DNA from: Blastocystis sp. Blastoise
Lineage: Eukaryota; Protista; Bigyra: Opalinata
Length of the DNA stretch: 64,000 nt
Direction: 5' to 3'
NCBI GenBank assembly: GCA_039096225.1
Contig: JBBPEB010000005.1
Span: 744,001 to 808,000 of the forward strand
The position numbers and the translations under genes were made by a program. Under the pieces are notes generated by a model. That model did not search any database, had not been told where the DNA came from, and saw nothing but the letters and a program-made list of their open reading frames with translations. This document shows, piece after piece, positions 1-61,928 of this stretch (position 1 is its first letter; each line of letters opens with the position of its first letter).

Positions 1-25
1 TATTTAATTTTTTGTGTATTTATAG

Positions 26-372
26 TTAGATTTAATATATCATGGAAAAACTGTAGATAATCAGAAGAACTTGGATTTATCACGATCACATGTATTGAAA
101 CAAAATAAATTACTAAAATATTCTTCATTCGTATATATATATATATTATTTATGATTATTTTTAAATATGTATATATATTATTTATGATTATTTTTAAAT
201 ATGTATATATATTATTTATGATTATTTTTCTTTAGAAGGATCTTCTTAGTAAATATCAAACACTAGATGATTTTTCTTATACTTTATTATGGTCAAGATT
301 AGATAAATCGAATGATATAAATGAAAAACTTTCTATAATGAATTTATTATATCCTAAACAAAACAATAATGG

Positions 373-403
<31 letters not shown>

Positions 404-520
404 TCTAATTATTCTAGGTCAACTAATCAAAAAGATAAAGAAGATGAAGATATTATATATAGAAAACCATTCAAGTTATATCCTGATAAATCTTATTATT
501 GGTTTCAACAATATATTCAA

Positions 521-604
<84 letters not shown>

Positions 605-2107
605 TTAGAATATGTTACAAATAATAAAAATGATTATTCTATTTTACATACCACTTATTCTATTCAAAATATACTATGGAAGCATCAATTTCCTCAAAAA
701 TGCAATAATAAAAAATATATTATATTTCCATTATTAGAAAAGACATTTCAAAGAAATATACATATATTATCTTCTATATTATCTTTAGCTATTGATTATG
801 ATCGTATATTATTATTTTCTAATGGAAATACTACATTATTAAATAATTTACCTTCTTTTTGTCAATATCCAAATTTAGAATGTTATTTATCTCCTATAAG
901 TAGTTGCCAATTTAATTTAAATAATATACAATCTCTACCTTCATTTATTAATAATAATAATAGTATACATTTATCTTCTATTCAATCTATATATAATAAT
1001 AAAAAACTTGAAAATGTACATTATTGGATTATTGATTATAATGAAATGTTTTATACTTCTATCTTTAGAAATATTCCTTCTTTTTTATCAAATTCTTCTA
1101 TTCTTAAAAATAAATTAAATATCTATAAAATTGATGATATTATTAATTATTGGAGAATTCAATCAACAACTTTTTTATTACGTTTTAATACTCAATTACT
1201 TTCAGAAATCAATCATTTATCTTCTTTTATGAATAATATTACTATAAAGAATTCTAATAGAAAGAAATCATTTATAAAGAATTCTAATAGAAATAATTCT
1301 TCTATAAATAATTCTTCTATAAATAATTCTTCAATAAATAATTCTTCAATAAATAATTCTTCAATAAATAATTCTACTATTAATAATTCTTTAATAAATG
1401 ATTCTTCTATAAATAATTCTATTATCAACAATTCTACTATAGATAATTCTATTACAAATAACTCTACTATAACTAATTCAAATATATATAATCTACCTTC
1501 TTCTACTCCTATTTCTATAGGTATTTACCTTGATCCTTATACAGATAATTTATTTGATACTTCTTTTATGAATAATAATCCATTAGTACCTATTACTAAT
1601 TCTATCTATATATCAACAAATGATTCTATAAATATATCTAATTATATTCCTTCTATAAATTTATTAAAATTATATAATTCTATAAATCACACAACAATAT
1701 TTATATATTCTTCAAAAACAAATAATTTGACACAAGAATATAAATATAATAAAGAATATACTATTATTAATTATAAACAAAATAATTCATTATATAAATC
1801 ATTATTAGTTAATAATAATGATTCAATTACTATTACTCCTAATATATCAAATCCTATATATATTCAATTCATTCATAAACATATTCAACAATCATTCTCT
1901 ATTCATAATATGTTTCTAATTACAGAATATCTCAAATCACGTGATTTCATTGGAACTTTGACCAATGAAATGGCTCAATTAATTCTTGAATTGAAACAAA
2001 CTATTGGATACTCTCGGAATAGTATTTTCATGGAAACTGGATCTCTTTATTGTGTTTCTTATATTCATTGTCAATCAATACATAAACCTTTTTCTTTCTT
2101 TTATTAA
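26..2107 (+). CDS. Alpha-1,6-fucosyltransferase (FUT8/GT23)-like protein, 5' partial; exons about 26-130 and 236-2107
   Basis: The ORF extends upstream of 338 through a GT-AG intron (131-235). Motifs IQNILWKHQFPQKC, YWRIQSTTFLLRFN and FIGTLTNEMAQLILEL resemble FUT8-like proteins. The HVRRxDK motif is not visible. Poly-Asn and (INNSS)n inserts are present. Confidence 0.45.
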
Positions 2108-3362
2108 ATGAAATCTACTTAATGTGTACATTTATTATTATATATATATAAATATATATGCTATTTTATTTATTTTTATTTTATTTTTACTTTTATTTAT
2201 GCTTCTTTTATACCAATTTTTCTATAATCATATTTTTAAATCTTTTTTTATCATGAATTATTTTTGAAAAATATTCTATCATTCTATCCTATGCATTGTA
2301 TTCATTAAATAGTATCATATATAATCATTTTTTTTTGTCTATTCTATATATATATATTATGATCTTTATATACTACATTTTCTTTTTACTTTTTATTGTA
2401 TTTTATAATAAATATATATTCTTTAGTTGCTATACTATTATTATACTCTTTCTTTTTCTTCTCTTTTATAATTTGTTTTTATTTATTTTATTCTATTTTT
2501 TATTATATTTAATTATATTGTTTTTACTCTTTTTTATTCATTGTTTTTTTTTTGTGTATTTGAAGAACTTTTCTTTATATTATTTTCTATATATTTCATC
2601 ATTCTGTAAGTAATATTATTAGCTAATAAATACTATATATAATTATCTAGGTTTGTGTAAATTATTTTCTTTATTATTTATATATATAGTATAAATTATT
2701 CTTTATTAGTAACTAATACATATTCATTCTTTTTATATCTATATATATTATGTTCTTTTTTATATATAATTTTTATATACGGAAGCAAACTTTTTTATTC
2801 TTATTATGTTAGTTTTTATATGCATTCTATAATTATTCATCTCATCTTTTTTTTTTTTTCTTCTTTCTTAACATTTTTTCTTTTTGAAAATACATATTTT
2901 TTTTTATTTATTCTAATTATATATATATGTTTTCTTTATATTTCTTATTGTCCAAATTTCGATGGTATTTTTCATCTTAATAGGATATTTCTTATATATT
3001 TATATATATATATATATCTTCATATAGTGCTTTCTTTATATATATATATATATTATTTTAAATTATATATCTTTTGTATGATTACATTGTTTATTATTAT
3101 TTATTGATAATATTACATTTTAATTTTTATTATTGTTTTGCAATGAATTTGTTTCTTCTTATTTAGTTTATTGGTTTTACTTATATTGTTGATATGTTTT
3201 CGTGTTACTTTTTTTTTAAAAACAAACTCTATTTTGTAAATTAAACAACTTTATAACTAAAATTTATATTGATACTAAAAATTAAATACAATTATAAATA
3301 TATATATATTTTTTTAAATAATAAAAAAAATTAAATAAATATTAAAAGAAAGATAAAATAGT

Positions 3363-11504
<8,142 letters not shown>

Positions 11505-13087
11505 TCTTTTAAATTAAAATTTAATAATTAGTTTAATTTCAAAAAAAAAAATAAAAGAAATAAACTTTTAAAAGAATACAATTTTTAAATAAACTTTTTA
11601 ATATCGAAATAATTGAAACAGTTCAATTTCTGAAACATGCTTCAAAAAGTCACTTTGTATATATATTTTACCAAGAATATACTAATAGAACCGAAAGAAA
11701 TTAAAGCCAAAAGAATAATGATAAAGAACAATTTCTTTACAACAATAAAAATATGACTGGCTCATTTTTGTGTAACACGTGTTGAATGTATATGCTTTTA
11801 ATTCTTTGCTCTATTAGATGGTTTATAATCAATATCAATATAAATTCTTTATTCCATAATTTGTTTATTTTATTATTTGGACACAACAAGAGAACTCAAG
11901 CAAAATAATGAGCAGATCTGCGTCCTTGTAAATAATAATTATTTAAATATCACTAGGATTGAATAACAATACTGAGAAATCCAGGAGACATAGAATTAGT
12001 TATATTTTTCAAAGGAACAACTAGAAAAATAATGGATTCTTATTATTTCCAGATGAATTCCATATTTTTATGATTTTCATAATGATTGAAGCGTAGTTTA
12101 TCTATAAAAGCATCTTAAATAGTAGATTCGTAGAAATTGGAACCATTTGGATCAATATAATGTTGTGAACAAGAGAATACGATTCATTTTATAATCTGAA
12201 TATAGATATCCAAGTTAGGCAGAGATAGTTCAATGTATTTTCTGCAATTTCAAGCAAACTTATATTAGTTAAATGAATAGTTTATAGAATTCAGCTACTT
12301 TAGATTATGGGATAATGCTCATCAAATGTTGTTCAATAAGGATCATTTATTATAAATGTATTTCTAATATATAATTGACATCAGCACATTGATTATAGAG
12401 GAAGAAACTTAATGAAACATTATCTTCTGAGTTGCGATATATTTTTTCTAAGTATAAACGTTGAAAAACCAAGCAGATATCTAATTGGACCACGAGAATA
12501 CTCTTGAAAAATCGTGAATTAGTAACTTTGTTTCATATCTATTGATTTATCGAGATTCTATATATAGTAATAGTAACTAAAATTTAAAAACCCCTTATAA
12601 ACGGAACAGAATAAACTTGAAATTTACACAATAGAAAAACATTACGAAATCATTACATGTTTCTTTATGTTTTTAAAAAAAAAAGAATTTCTGTTAAAAA
12701 AATAATTATCGTTGATTTTTTGAAAAAAATCATGGAAAAATGATTCATTTAAAAGTGATGTAAAAATTTGAATTCCTTATCCTGTCTTAGGAATTCCTTG
12801 GGTATAAACCATTTTTCGCCTGTTTTTCATTCTTTTCTCAGTTTTATACTTGTTTTTCTTTATTACGTGTAAATAGTATAGAGTAGACGTTATCTACATA
12901 TCTATTCTTGTACTGAAGTATCTATTGAAAGAACGTATTCATATAGTAGTTTTATTTCCTTAACTATACAAAATAAATCTGGTTGCTAATTGTATGTTTA
13001 TTGCTTAATATTGTTTTTATTAAATTACTAAGTTTAGTAAGTCGTGATTATAGGCCTAATAATACGTTGAAAAAATTGTAAATAAGA

Positions 13088-15101
13088 ATGAACGATAATA
13101 ATCCAGAACAAGTTAAGAGTGTTGAGTAAATTATTGTCTTTTAAGATATTTAGATATTACTTAAGATGATTCTAATAAATATAATATATTATAGAAGTCT
13201 TTTCTCGCGTACAGTCAAATGGTCTCAAGAAGATGACGACTTATTGTTTCGTTTATTAGTAGGATCTTTAAAGAAAGACTGGAAGGAAGTTGCGTCACGT
13301 AAGATTTTCTATGAATAGAATAATTATATATTTTATTTGTTAAAAATATTTTTGTATCTATTTTTTTTTTTTTTTATTTATTTTATTAGATTTTCAAAAA
13401 CGAACAGCAAATCAATGCAGAAAACGTTATACTTACTTAATTGCAGAAAGATCTCAAGATATATCAAATGTCAAACAAGATTGTGATGAAAAAACATGTA
13501 TATAAATGTTTATATATTATGTATTATATATATTATATATTATATTTATTATATTTATTATATATATTATATATATTATTATATTATATATATTATATAT
13601 ATTATATATTATTATATATATTATATATATTATAGATGTTTCTCCCATAGAGTCATTAATTGAAAATAGTGGTAGGAAGAAGAATAAAGCATCACAACCT
13701 AGATATGGTGTATATATATATAATTATTCTTATGTTAATAAATTCTATTATTAATAATAATTTCACATGTATATAATAAGATTAATAACAATAAATCTAT
13801 TATGTAATAAATAATATATATATATATATATAGTCTAAATGGCCTGAAGATGAATCTGCGAAGTTTATAAAAATATGTTTTAATTGTTTTGAGAATGGTA
13901 AAAGACCAGATTGGAGTATTATTATTAATAATTATCCTTCAAGAAGTTCAAAACAACTTCGAGAAAAATGGAAACGAAGTGTTTATTTCTTTGGTAGAGT
14001 GTATATATTTATTATATATTTATTATATATTATATATAATAGATATTGTATCATATTATTTGTTTAATAGATAGAATAAAATATTTTCTGTATAATAATT
14101 ATATATAATATATAAATATATATTCTTTTTTTTAATGATTTTAATAAGATACTATATATATATAGACCATGGAAAAGTGAAGAAGATGAAAAACTATTAG
14201 ATTTAAAGAATAATAACCACTTGAGTTTTTTAGAAATATCTCAAGTATATATATATATATTCTATTAATACTACTATAAATAGTTAATGAAGAATAAACC
14301 TGAGCTATTATGTTATCATCGACATTTATTTTTAACTAATGTATTATATAAAGCAACTACTGTATATATATATATATGAATTTTTTAAAGTATTATGATA
14401 ATAATTATTATAATTATATTAATTAATATTCATTTATAAATATGAATACTATTAAAAATAATAACTCAATATATATATAGTTAGATATATTATCTGGTTG
14501 TTTAAGTAAAGGTAGGAGACCCCATAAAAGGATTAAGAAAGATAAAGATGTTTCCAGTTCTTCTACTATTAGTGATAATAATAATAATAATAATAATAAT
14601 GATAATAATAATGATAATAATAATGATAAAAATAATAACATAGATACAACTATATCATTTGCAGACAATTCATCAAATGAAGATATTGATGTTAATGAAC
14701 TCAGTAAAGAACATCCAAAAAGTGTACATAAACGAAGAAATAAGAAAAAAAGAAGAGAAAGTGATTCTTTTATTGACTCCAAAGATTTTATTTTAGAAGA
14801 TATTTCTCAGTATTCTACTTTAGAACCTAAATTAACTTCAAATAAAGATATTTCAATATCTTCTTATCCCTATAATAATGATATTAATAATAATAATATG
14901 AATAATAACCCTGGAGATACTCTATTCGAATCATCGCCTTCTTTATCTTCTTGTCATTCTCCCTCTTTCTCTCAAAATTCAAATAAACAACAATTTTTTA
15001 CAAATACAAAAGAAAATTATATTTCTCAATCTCCATTATTATTAACTACTCCTTATAGTAATAATAATAAATTTTATAATAATACCAATTATAATAATAT
15101 T

Positions 15102-15138
<37 letters not shown>

Positions 15139-16319
15139 CAAGTGCTTCACCATTATTTAATCCTTCTAATAATAATATAAATTTCTCTAATAATAATAAT
15201 AAATATAATAATAATAATAAATTTATGAATTCCCAATATAAGTATTCATCAACTGCTTCTAAATACTATATGAATAATTCTTATTCTCTATCATCTGGTC
15301 CAGTATCACCAAAGTCACCTATATTAAATAGAATGGATTCAAAACAATATATAAATACGAATGATAATAATCAGTATCTATCTTATAATAGTAAAACTTC
15401 TTCACCTCAATTTTCATTTATTCAAAAAAAGCCTTCACAGTCAACTATAAATAAACAAAATAATAACAATAATAAAGAATCAATATATCCTATATCAAAT
15501 AATAATTCTAAACAGATAATAGGATCTCCTTCTTATTCTCCTTCTCCTGTTTATGATCAATTTAAAATGCAATTTAATAAAACTATCAATAATGAAGATG
15601 AACCATATTATATAAAATCAGAACCACACTATTCAACGAATATACATGACTCTATTAATATAAATAAAAATTTATCTAATGAATCAAATAACAATGAAAG
15701 TCCTATATATATAAATAATGAAGATATATCTATGATACCTATTCCTAACAAATCAAATCAAACACATGATACTGCAAATCCATATATTATTCATATTCCT
15801 TCTGTAAATCTATCTACTATATATAATTCTTCAGATAATATTATAAATACAAATAATTCTATGAATAATAAAATGAATAATTTAGTTGATAGTAATAGAA
15901 TGGATAAAAATAATGGAGATGTCTCTAATCCATTTCAAAATATACATATAAATAACTATACACAAGAGAGTAAATATAATAATCATTATATTAATAATAA
16001 TGATTATAATAAAAATGAGAATAATAATTATTATAATCCTATTCATAATTCTTTATCATCTCCTTCTCCTCTTCCTCCTCCTTCTCAATATATATCTACT
16101 ACTGCTTCTCCTATTCATTCTCCTCATTATACTTCATCATCGAATTCGTTAGTCAATCCAAAATCAAATAATAAACAATATAATACAATAAATTCAACAT
16201 CATTCAAACTTCAATTTCCTATGTCCTGTGCTAGTAATACTATTCCACAACCACCTACGTTCCCTCCACCAAAAAGACATAATCAAAGACAAAATATATA
16301 TAAGTTGAAAAAACTATAA
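13088..16319 (+). CDS. Myb-family transcription factor (three Myb/SANT repeats plus long Asn/Ser/Pro-rich tail)
   Basis: Spliced exons give KWSQEDDDLLFRLL..DWKEVA..RTANQCRKRY, KWPEDESAKFI..DWSII..RSSKQLREKW and PWKSEEDEKLL. The last exon includes ORF 14898-16319. Confidence 0.8.
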
Positions 16320-18666
16320 GTTAATTATTTATATATATTTTTGTTTCATTTCTTTTTTTGTTTGTAACTATTTTATTAATATATATATACATATATATAT
16401 TTCTTCTTTTTTATTATAAACAATTATTCAACCGATACTTGGTTGTCGTATTGTCTAAATATATATGCTTTTGGCATTTTTTTATTATTATCTTAAATAT
16501 ATATGAATAGATGTATTTTTTATTCTGTTTTTTATATCATTATTATATATAAATATAATGAAAGTATAAAAAGTCTACACATATAAAAATATATTTATTT
16601 TTTTCTTTTTTTGGTCTTTATGAATTGTCACTTCTTTATTCTTATTATTATAATTTTTTTTTCACTTTTTATTGAAAGTATATATATATATATATATTTA
16701 TATATTATTATTATTTTTCTTGTTGTTTTGCAGTATGTATATTGTTTTTATATTTTAATTTTTCTGTTTTTAAGGTGTATCCTATATATATATATGTATT
16801 ATATTATATTTATTTCTATTCTTATTAATTATTTATTAGATTCATCAATGTTTTCAGTGTAATAAATTAAATATAATGTTTTAAATATACTTTGGTTTGT
16901 TTATTAAGTAAATATCAATTAACAATTAAAAGAATTTTGTAATAAATTTTAAAAAAAGACAAAGCATGAAGGTCGATCTTTTTTAATTTCTTATTCTTAT
17001 CATAACTTATGCCTTGAACGATATAAATCATCACTAATTTTTTATTTTTATAAAAATAAAACAATCCGTGTATTGGAGAGTTAAAAATGATTTCTCTTTT
17101 CTATTATTATTGATACATAGTATAATTAATCACAATAAAGTCTAAATAATAGATTAATTATCATTTATTCTATTTCAATAATACTTTATATTTATCTATA
17201 GCTATTTTTTATTTGTGTATAACCATCAAAGAGTATAATTTGTAAATATATCCTAAGATGTATCATTATTTCTAGTTAATAACACTTTTAAATATATATT
17301 AAAATATATGGCCTTGCATATCTCTTAGAAATAACAGAAAATAATAAAGTAGAAAGAATTTCAATATACCATCATTCTTCAAGAACAATTTCCTGCTTCT
17401 TCGTTCATTCATAAACACTGTTTTATACGTGAACTTTCATCAAACTCTAGTATTTCTAGCTAATTAATAATGACCAGGAGATTGATTTCATATATTTTTT
17501 GTATTTAATTTGATTTTTATTTTATTTAGCATGTGTTTCTCCAGTTTAAATCAATAAGTAAAAAGAAATCAATAGATTATGATCAAAAGCATTTAAAAAA
17601 TAATTCTTCCAAATAACCAAGAATAAAACGACAACAAAATGATATCTTTATATAATTCACCATACTAACTCATTTTAATCAAGTATTTCTTCTTTAAATA
17701 CTAATTTAAAACGTTCTTCAATTCAATGAGATACAAATAAAAAAGAAACAATACACTTTTTTATAATCTTCCATTTATCAAAGTCATTATTGATTTAAAC
17801 TACCTAAATTGATCCTGATGTATCACATATCATGCATTGTATCAGACTTATCATCATCATTCAATAATTCATAATATATAGAAGGATCAATTTGTATTTT
17901 TATATTAACTTGAATTAAATCATATGAGAGCAGCTGATCTATTTAAGATCGTCTTTAAGAAGACGATCCTACGTTGTATATACACTTTTTATGAAAGTGA
18001 ATAGAAATTGTGTGGACAATGTTCGTTTAAGTGTTTTTGTTGTCGTTAAAATAGAGAATAAAAGTAATTAAAATGTTTAAAACAAAATGAATAGAATAAT
18101 GAATAAAATGTGCATACTCAATAGGAGAATGGTTCTCGAATGATGACAAGAAAATAATGATCAGAAATTAATTATTTAGTCAATATATATATAAAACAAT
18201 CGTTAAATAAAGAAAATAACTACATAAACTTATCCTATCTAATAGAATATATACAAGAAAACGCAAAGATCTCACTTAAAAAAACACAAAGTTGAGGTCA
18301 AAAGATCAAGATGACACATAAAGATATGCATCAATCAGATTCGGAGAAAAGGGAATCTCCAAAACGGGTAAACCAGTTTCTCTCATTCATCATCATATGG
18401 TTTCAAAAAAAACACGGTTACTTTAGGAATGTGTCCATAAAAGAGCGAGTTTCTTCTGGTTTTTCATAATGACATACTGATTGTCATTTGTGTTCTGGTG
18501 CATCAAAAGTATTCATTTTTATAGAATCTCTATTAATACTGAACATGTTCCGACTTCTTGAAACCATTAAAAAGAAGGATTTTATTTTTCTATTTTCTTC
18601 ATTTTTTTATTAAAATCTTTTTGATAGAATATCTAAATAATTTATTTTATATTTAACTAAAACATA

Positions 18667-20607
18667 ATGAGTATGTTATATACTTTGCTATTTAATTGTT
18701 ATTAGACACTGAAAGAATTAGTTTAAAGGATGTCAATCCTAATGTATATTTTTTTATATATCATTTATTGTTTGCATTTATTATCAACCTTATTCTATAT
18801 AGTTAATTAAAGCTGAATATGCTATTCGTGGAGCTATTGTTGCTAAAGCCAATGAAATGGAAACTATGCTTCGTAGAGGTGCTTCTTTACCTTTTGATAA
18901 ATTAGTTTATTGTAATATTGGTAATCCACAAGTATATATTTATAACCTATTTTTATTTATTTGGTTTTAGTAAACCATTTTATTATTATTTTTTAACGTA
19001 TTCTCTTTTCTTTAGTCATTGAAACAAAAGCCTATAACTTTCTTGCGTCAAGTATTAGCTTGTGCTTGCTATCCTGATTTGATGGCTATCAATCCTCCTC
19101 TTTTCCCATCTGATGTTGTTGAAAGAGTTCAAGCATTTCTTAAGTCAAACCCTGGATATACTTATTTATATATTTTTCTAAATAAATATATATTATTTAA
19201 TGGTGAAAAAGGTTATAACTGTTTTTAATTTTATTTTTTACCACAAGATTTTATAACCATAATTTTTTTTTAATCTTGGTTTTTTTTTTTTTGTGTGTGT
19301 TTTCATTTATTTATTTTTTTTTTGATTAATATATTATAATAAGAATTATATTTATTATGTAGGGTGGTACTGGTGCTTATTCAAAGTCTCAAGGAACAGA
19401 TATGGTAGTTAAAGATGTAGCTAATTTCATTGGTGAACGTGATGGTTATCCTTGTGATCCTTCATGTATTTACATAACAAATGGTGCTTCTCATGCTATT
19501 CAGAATTGTTTATCTATGTTTATTAGTTCCAAAGCTGATGGTGTTTTATTACCTATACCTCAATATCCCTTATATTCTGCTACAATTACTTTATATGGTG
19601 GTTCTCAAGTTCATTATTATTTAGATGAATCAAATGGTTGGAGTATGTCTATGGAATCTTGTCGTCAAAGTATACAACAAGCTAAACAAAATAATATTCA
19701 TGTTAAAGCTATTGTTGTTATTAATCCTGGTAATCCTACGGGTAAAGTATGTTTTATTTTTATTTTATTTATTTTTAATATTATTTTATTTTCTTATAAA
19801 TATTTATATACTTTTTTTTTCTTATATATATATATTAACTAATAATATTTTTTTTTATAGTGTTTTAGTCGTCAAATAATGGAAGAATTAATAGAGTTTT
19901 GTATTGAAGAAAATATTATATTATTTGCTGATGAAGTTTATCAAGCTAATATATATAATCAAGAAACACCATTTATATCTTTTAGAAAAGTAGCTTTAGA
20001 TATGGGTGAAAGAGGAAGAAATTTACAAATGATTTCATTTCATTCTATTTCTAAAGGATTTTTTGGTGAATGTGGTCGTCGAGGTGGTTATTTACAAACA
20101 CAAGGTTTAGATTCAGAAGTAAGAGCTCAATTAACTAAATTAATGTCTATTTCTTTATGTTCAAATCTTGATGGTCAATTAGCTATTGATGTTATGGTAA
20201 ATCCACCTAAAAAAGGTCAACCTTCTTATGAATTATATGAAAAAGAAAAGAATGATATATTAGATTCATTAAGTAGACGTGCTAAGAAATTACAATCTGC
20301 ATTATCTAAACTTGAAGGTATTACTTGTCAAACTATTGATAGTAGTTTATATTGTTTCTTTAATATGAAATTACCTGAAAAAGCTATACTTGCTGCTAAA
20401 GAATGTAATATGGCTCCTGATGCATTTTATTGTATGCAATTATTAGAAAATACAGGTATTGTTACTGTAGCTGGAAGTGGTTTTGGTCAAGTTAAAGACT
20501 CTTATCATGTCCGTATGACTATTTTACCACCTGAAGAAGATATAGATGAAGTTGTTAATAGAATATCTTTATATCATCAAAAATTCTTAAAACAATATTC
20601 TAATTAA
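18667..20607 (+). CDS. ALT: Alanine aminotransferase (PLP-dependent, class I)
   Basis: Spliced product MNTERISLKDVNPNLIKAEYAIRG..CNIGNPQ..ITNGAS..PIPQYPLYSA..INPGNPTG..ADEVYQ..SFHSISKGFFGECGRRGGY..GSGFGQ..HVRMTILP. Confidence 0.95.
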
Positions 20608-21316
20608 AACTATATTATAAATAATTTGTAATGGGTACTTTCTATATTTATAATTATTATATTTTTATATATATTAATTATTTCTGTCTTTTGCTCTTTT
20701 TTATTTAATATAAACAATATATCTTATTGTTTAATTGTGTTGGTTGCTTCTTTCTTCATAGATTTTATATTTTTTGTATATTTATTATTATATTCACATT
20801 TCTATTGCTTTATAAGTCGCTTCAAAGTAATTTTTATCAAAAATAATTTTTGTTTTGTTAAAATTTAATTTTAAAAACATATTCTTTTTCTTTTATTAAG
20901 ACATTTATTCAATGAAAATTTTAAAAAGTTTTTTTTTATTCAATTAAGTGCATTGAAAAACAAAGAAAAAATTATATTTGTTTTTATATAACACTGAAAA
21001 ATCATTTTATATAGAATTTCTTTATATATCATCAAAATATATAATTCATTAAAGTTTGATTAATTTATTTTTATACTATATACATATCCAGACAACACGA
21101 CATATATAATTCTATTATAAAAATTAAAAATAACTTAAAATCATGAAAAGTAATTAAGGTCAATGTAGTCAATCAACTATTTTTTGATATATATGCATAC
21201 CATATAACTTTCATAAAGTGATTTTAATCTTATGAATAATATCAAATAAAAATTTATTATATAATAACAAATAAAGCATTTTAGAATTAAACACTCTTAA
21301 AAAGAAAATAAAAAGT

Positions 21317-21389
21317 TGGAGAAGAGGGGCATCGATCCCCTTACCTCTCGCATGCTAAGCGAGCGCTCTACCATCTGAGCTACATCCCC
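21317..21389 (-). tRNA. tRNA-Ala (AGC)
   Basis: GGGGATGTAGCTCAGATGGTAGAGCGCTCGCTTAGCATGCGAGAGGTAAGGGGATCGATGCCCCTCTTCTCCA: 73-nt cloverleaf with anticodon arm CTCGC-TTAGCAT-GCGAG, G3-U70 and a eukaryotic Ala-type ATCG T-loop. Confidence 0.95.
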
Positions 21390-21621
21390 GATACTGTTTT
21401 CTTAATCTATGCATACTATTTGAAATAGTTGTGTTTTAATATTTTTTTCTAATAACTATTTTTGTTTAGATTTTGTTTATTCTGTTTATTTCTAACAAAA
21501 TACCTCATTAACTTAATAAAATAATTATAAAATATTAAATAAATGATATAAATAAAATGAAAAATATATAGAAATAATATAATTATATAAAAGAAATAAC
21601 AATATAAATATATATAATAAA

Positions 21622-60372
<38,751 letters not shown>

Positions 60373-61928
60373 CTTACAGTTTTATTATATATAAATATAT
60401 ATTACAAGTCATTTACCGCTAAAATTGAATTGGATTCAACACAGAAAACAAGTTTCAATTTATTCTCCTAAAATACAATTGAATATAATTGGACAAATTC
60501 CGTTTTTTTAAGATCAACCAATAAAAACAGGTATTGCTTCATAGTATTGACTTTTTGCAAGTTGAATTTCTCTTGTCTTCTTGATATTTACTGATAAATA
60601 GTATTATAGTATGGTTGAGATCGATATAAACATTCATATTTTTCATAATTAATAGGAAAAATAATGAATTTTAGGTTTGAGGAATAGTTTTTTTGTTGTT
60701 CAAATATACATAACTTATTTGCTTTGAACACGAATTAAGAAAAAGAAATAAATTGAATTAATTATAAAGTCAGAAATGTTAGGAAATTGTCTTGATTTTG
60801 ACAAAGTATCTATTTCTTTTTAATTGTTTTCATTCAGTAAAGACTTAAAACATATTGAGATAGTTAAAATATTATTAATTAAATGAAATATGTTATAAAT
60901 AATAAAAATAATTTTGGAAAGAACAAAAAAATGTGACTAATTTGATGATACAGGCAAAATGTTTGAATTAACTATGTTCCTTGAGTTAAATAAAAATGTA
61001 TAATGTTATTGAAAATGATAAAACAAAAGAAAATAGTTTTGACAATAGAATTCAAGATATATTTATGAAGAGGAAGAAATGGATATAATAATTATGATAT
61101 TACTATATCACTACTATATATAGAGATAAGGATATAGAATAGAAACAGTAGATATTTAAGTATAAGAATACATATATATATATAGATATAAAGATAAAGT
61201 GAGAAAGATAATTAAAAAGAATCTTAATAAAGTTGAAAGAACTAGCATATAAAATAATTTGAATAGAATAGTATCGTAGAATATATAATATACAATATAA
61301 GAATTAAAAAAAAAAATCGAAAAGTATTTAAAAAAAAACATCAGTAATAGGTATATATTATTTATTTAAAAAAAAAATAAAAATGAACACAAGAAGAAAT
61401 CGTAAAAAAAAAAGTCATAAAAGAATGATTTTAAAAGAATTATGAATAGATAAGAGTAGATGTAAATAAAAACATATTTAAAAAAAGGGAAAAAATATAT
61501 GTATATAACAATAAAAGTAAACTAATATACATAAAAATATATTATTAAAAAGATATATGAATATATATATAAAAGAAACTAGTGAAACAGCAAAGAGATA
61601 CACATATATAAAGAATGAAAAATGAGAAACAAATTGATAATAGTATTTGAGTAGCACTATATGTATTTATATATACATATACTATACAAAGAAATCTTAT
61701 TCAATATTAAAAAATATATATAGAATATAATAGTATAATATATATTTATAACGATATACAGAATATATCATTTTAATATATATATAGATAGAAATGAAAA
61801 AGAATTAAATATAATAATAAAAATAGTAAAATAGAGAATAGGAAAAAAGATAGTGATTTACGAAATAAAAAGAAATAAATGTATATATATATTTTTTAAA
61901 AATACATAAAAATACTATTTATTTCATT

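Noticed and set aside
2296-3107. Hydrophobic ORFs in AT-rich intergenic DNA and antisense poly-Ile/poly-Tyr ORFs
   Set aside because: Compositional artefacts of T-rich DNA and (AAT)n tracts.
17947-17968. GATCGTCTT/AAGACGATC 9-bp inverted repeat
   Set aside because: Single isolated occurrence with no supporting context.
20607-21389. tRNA-Ala next to alanine aminotransferase
   Set aside because: No evidence of a functional link, so most likely coincidence.
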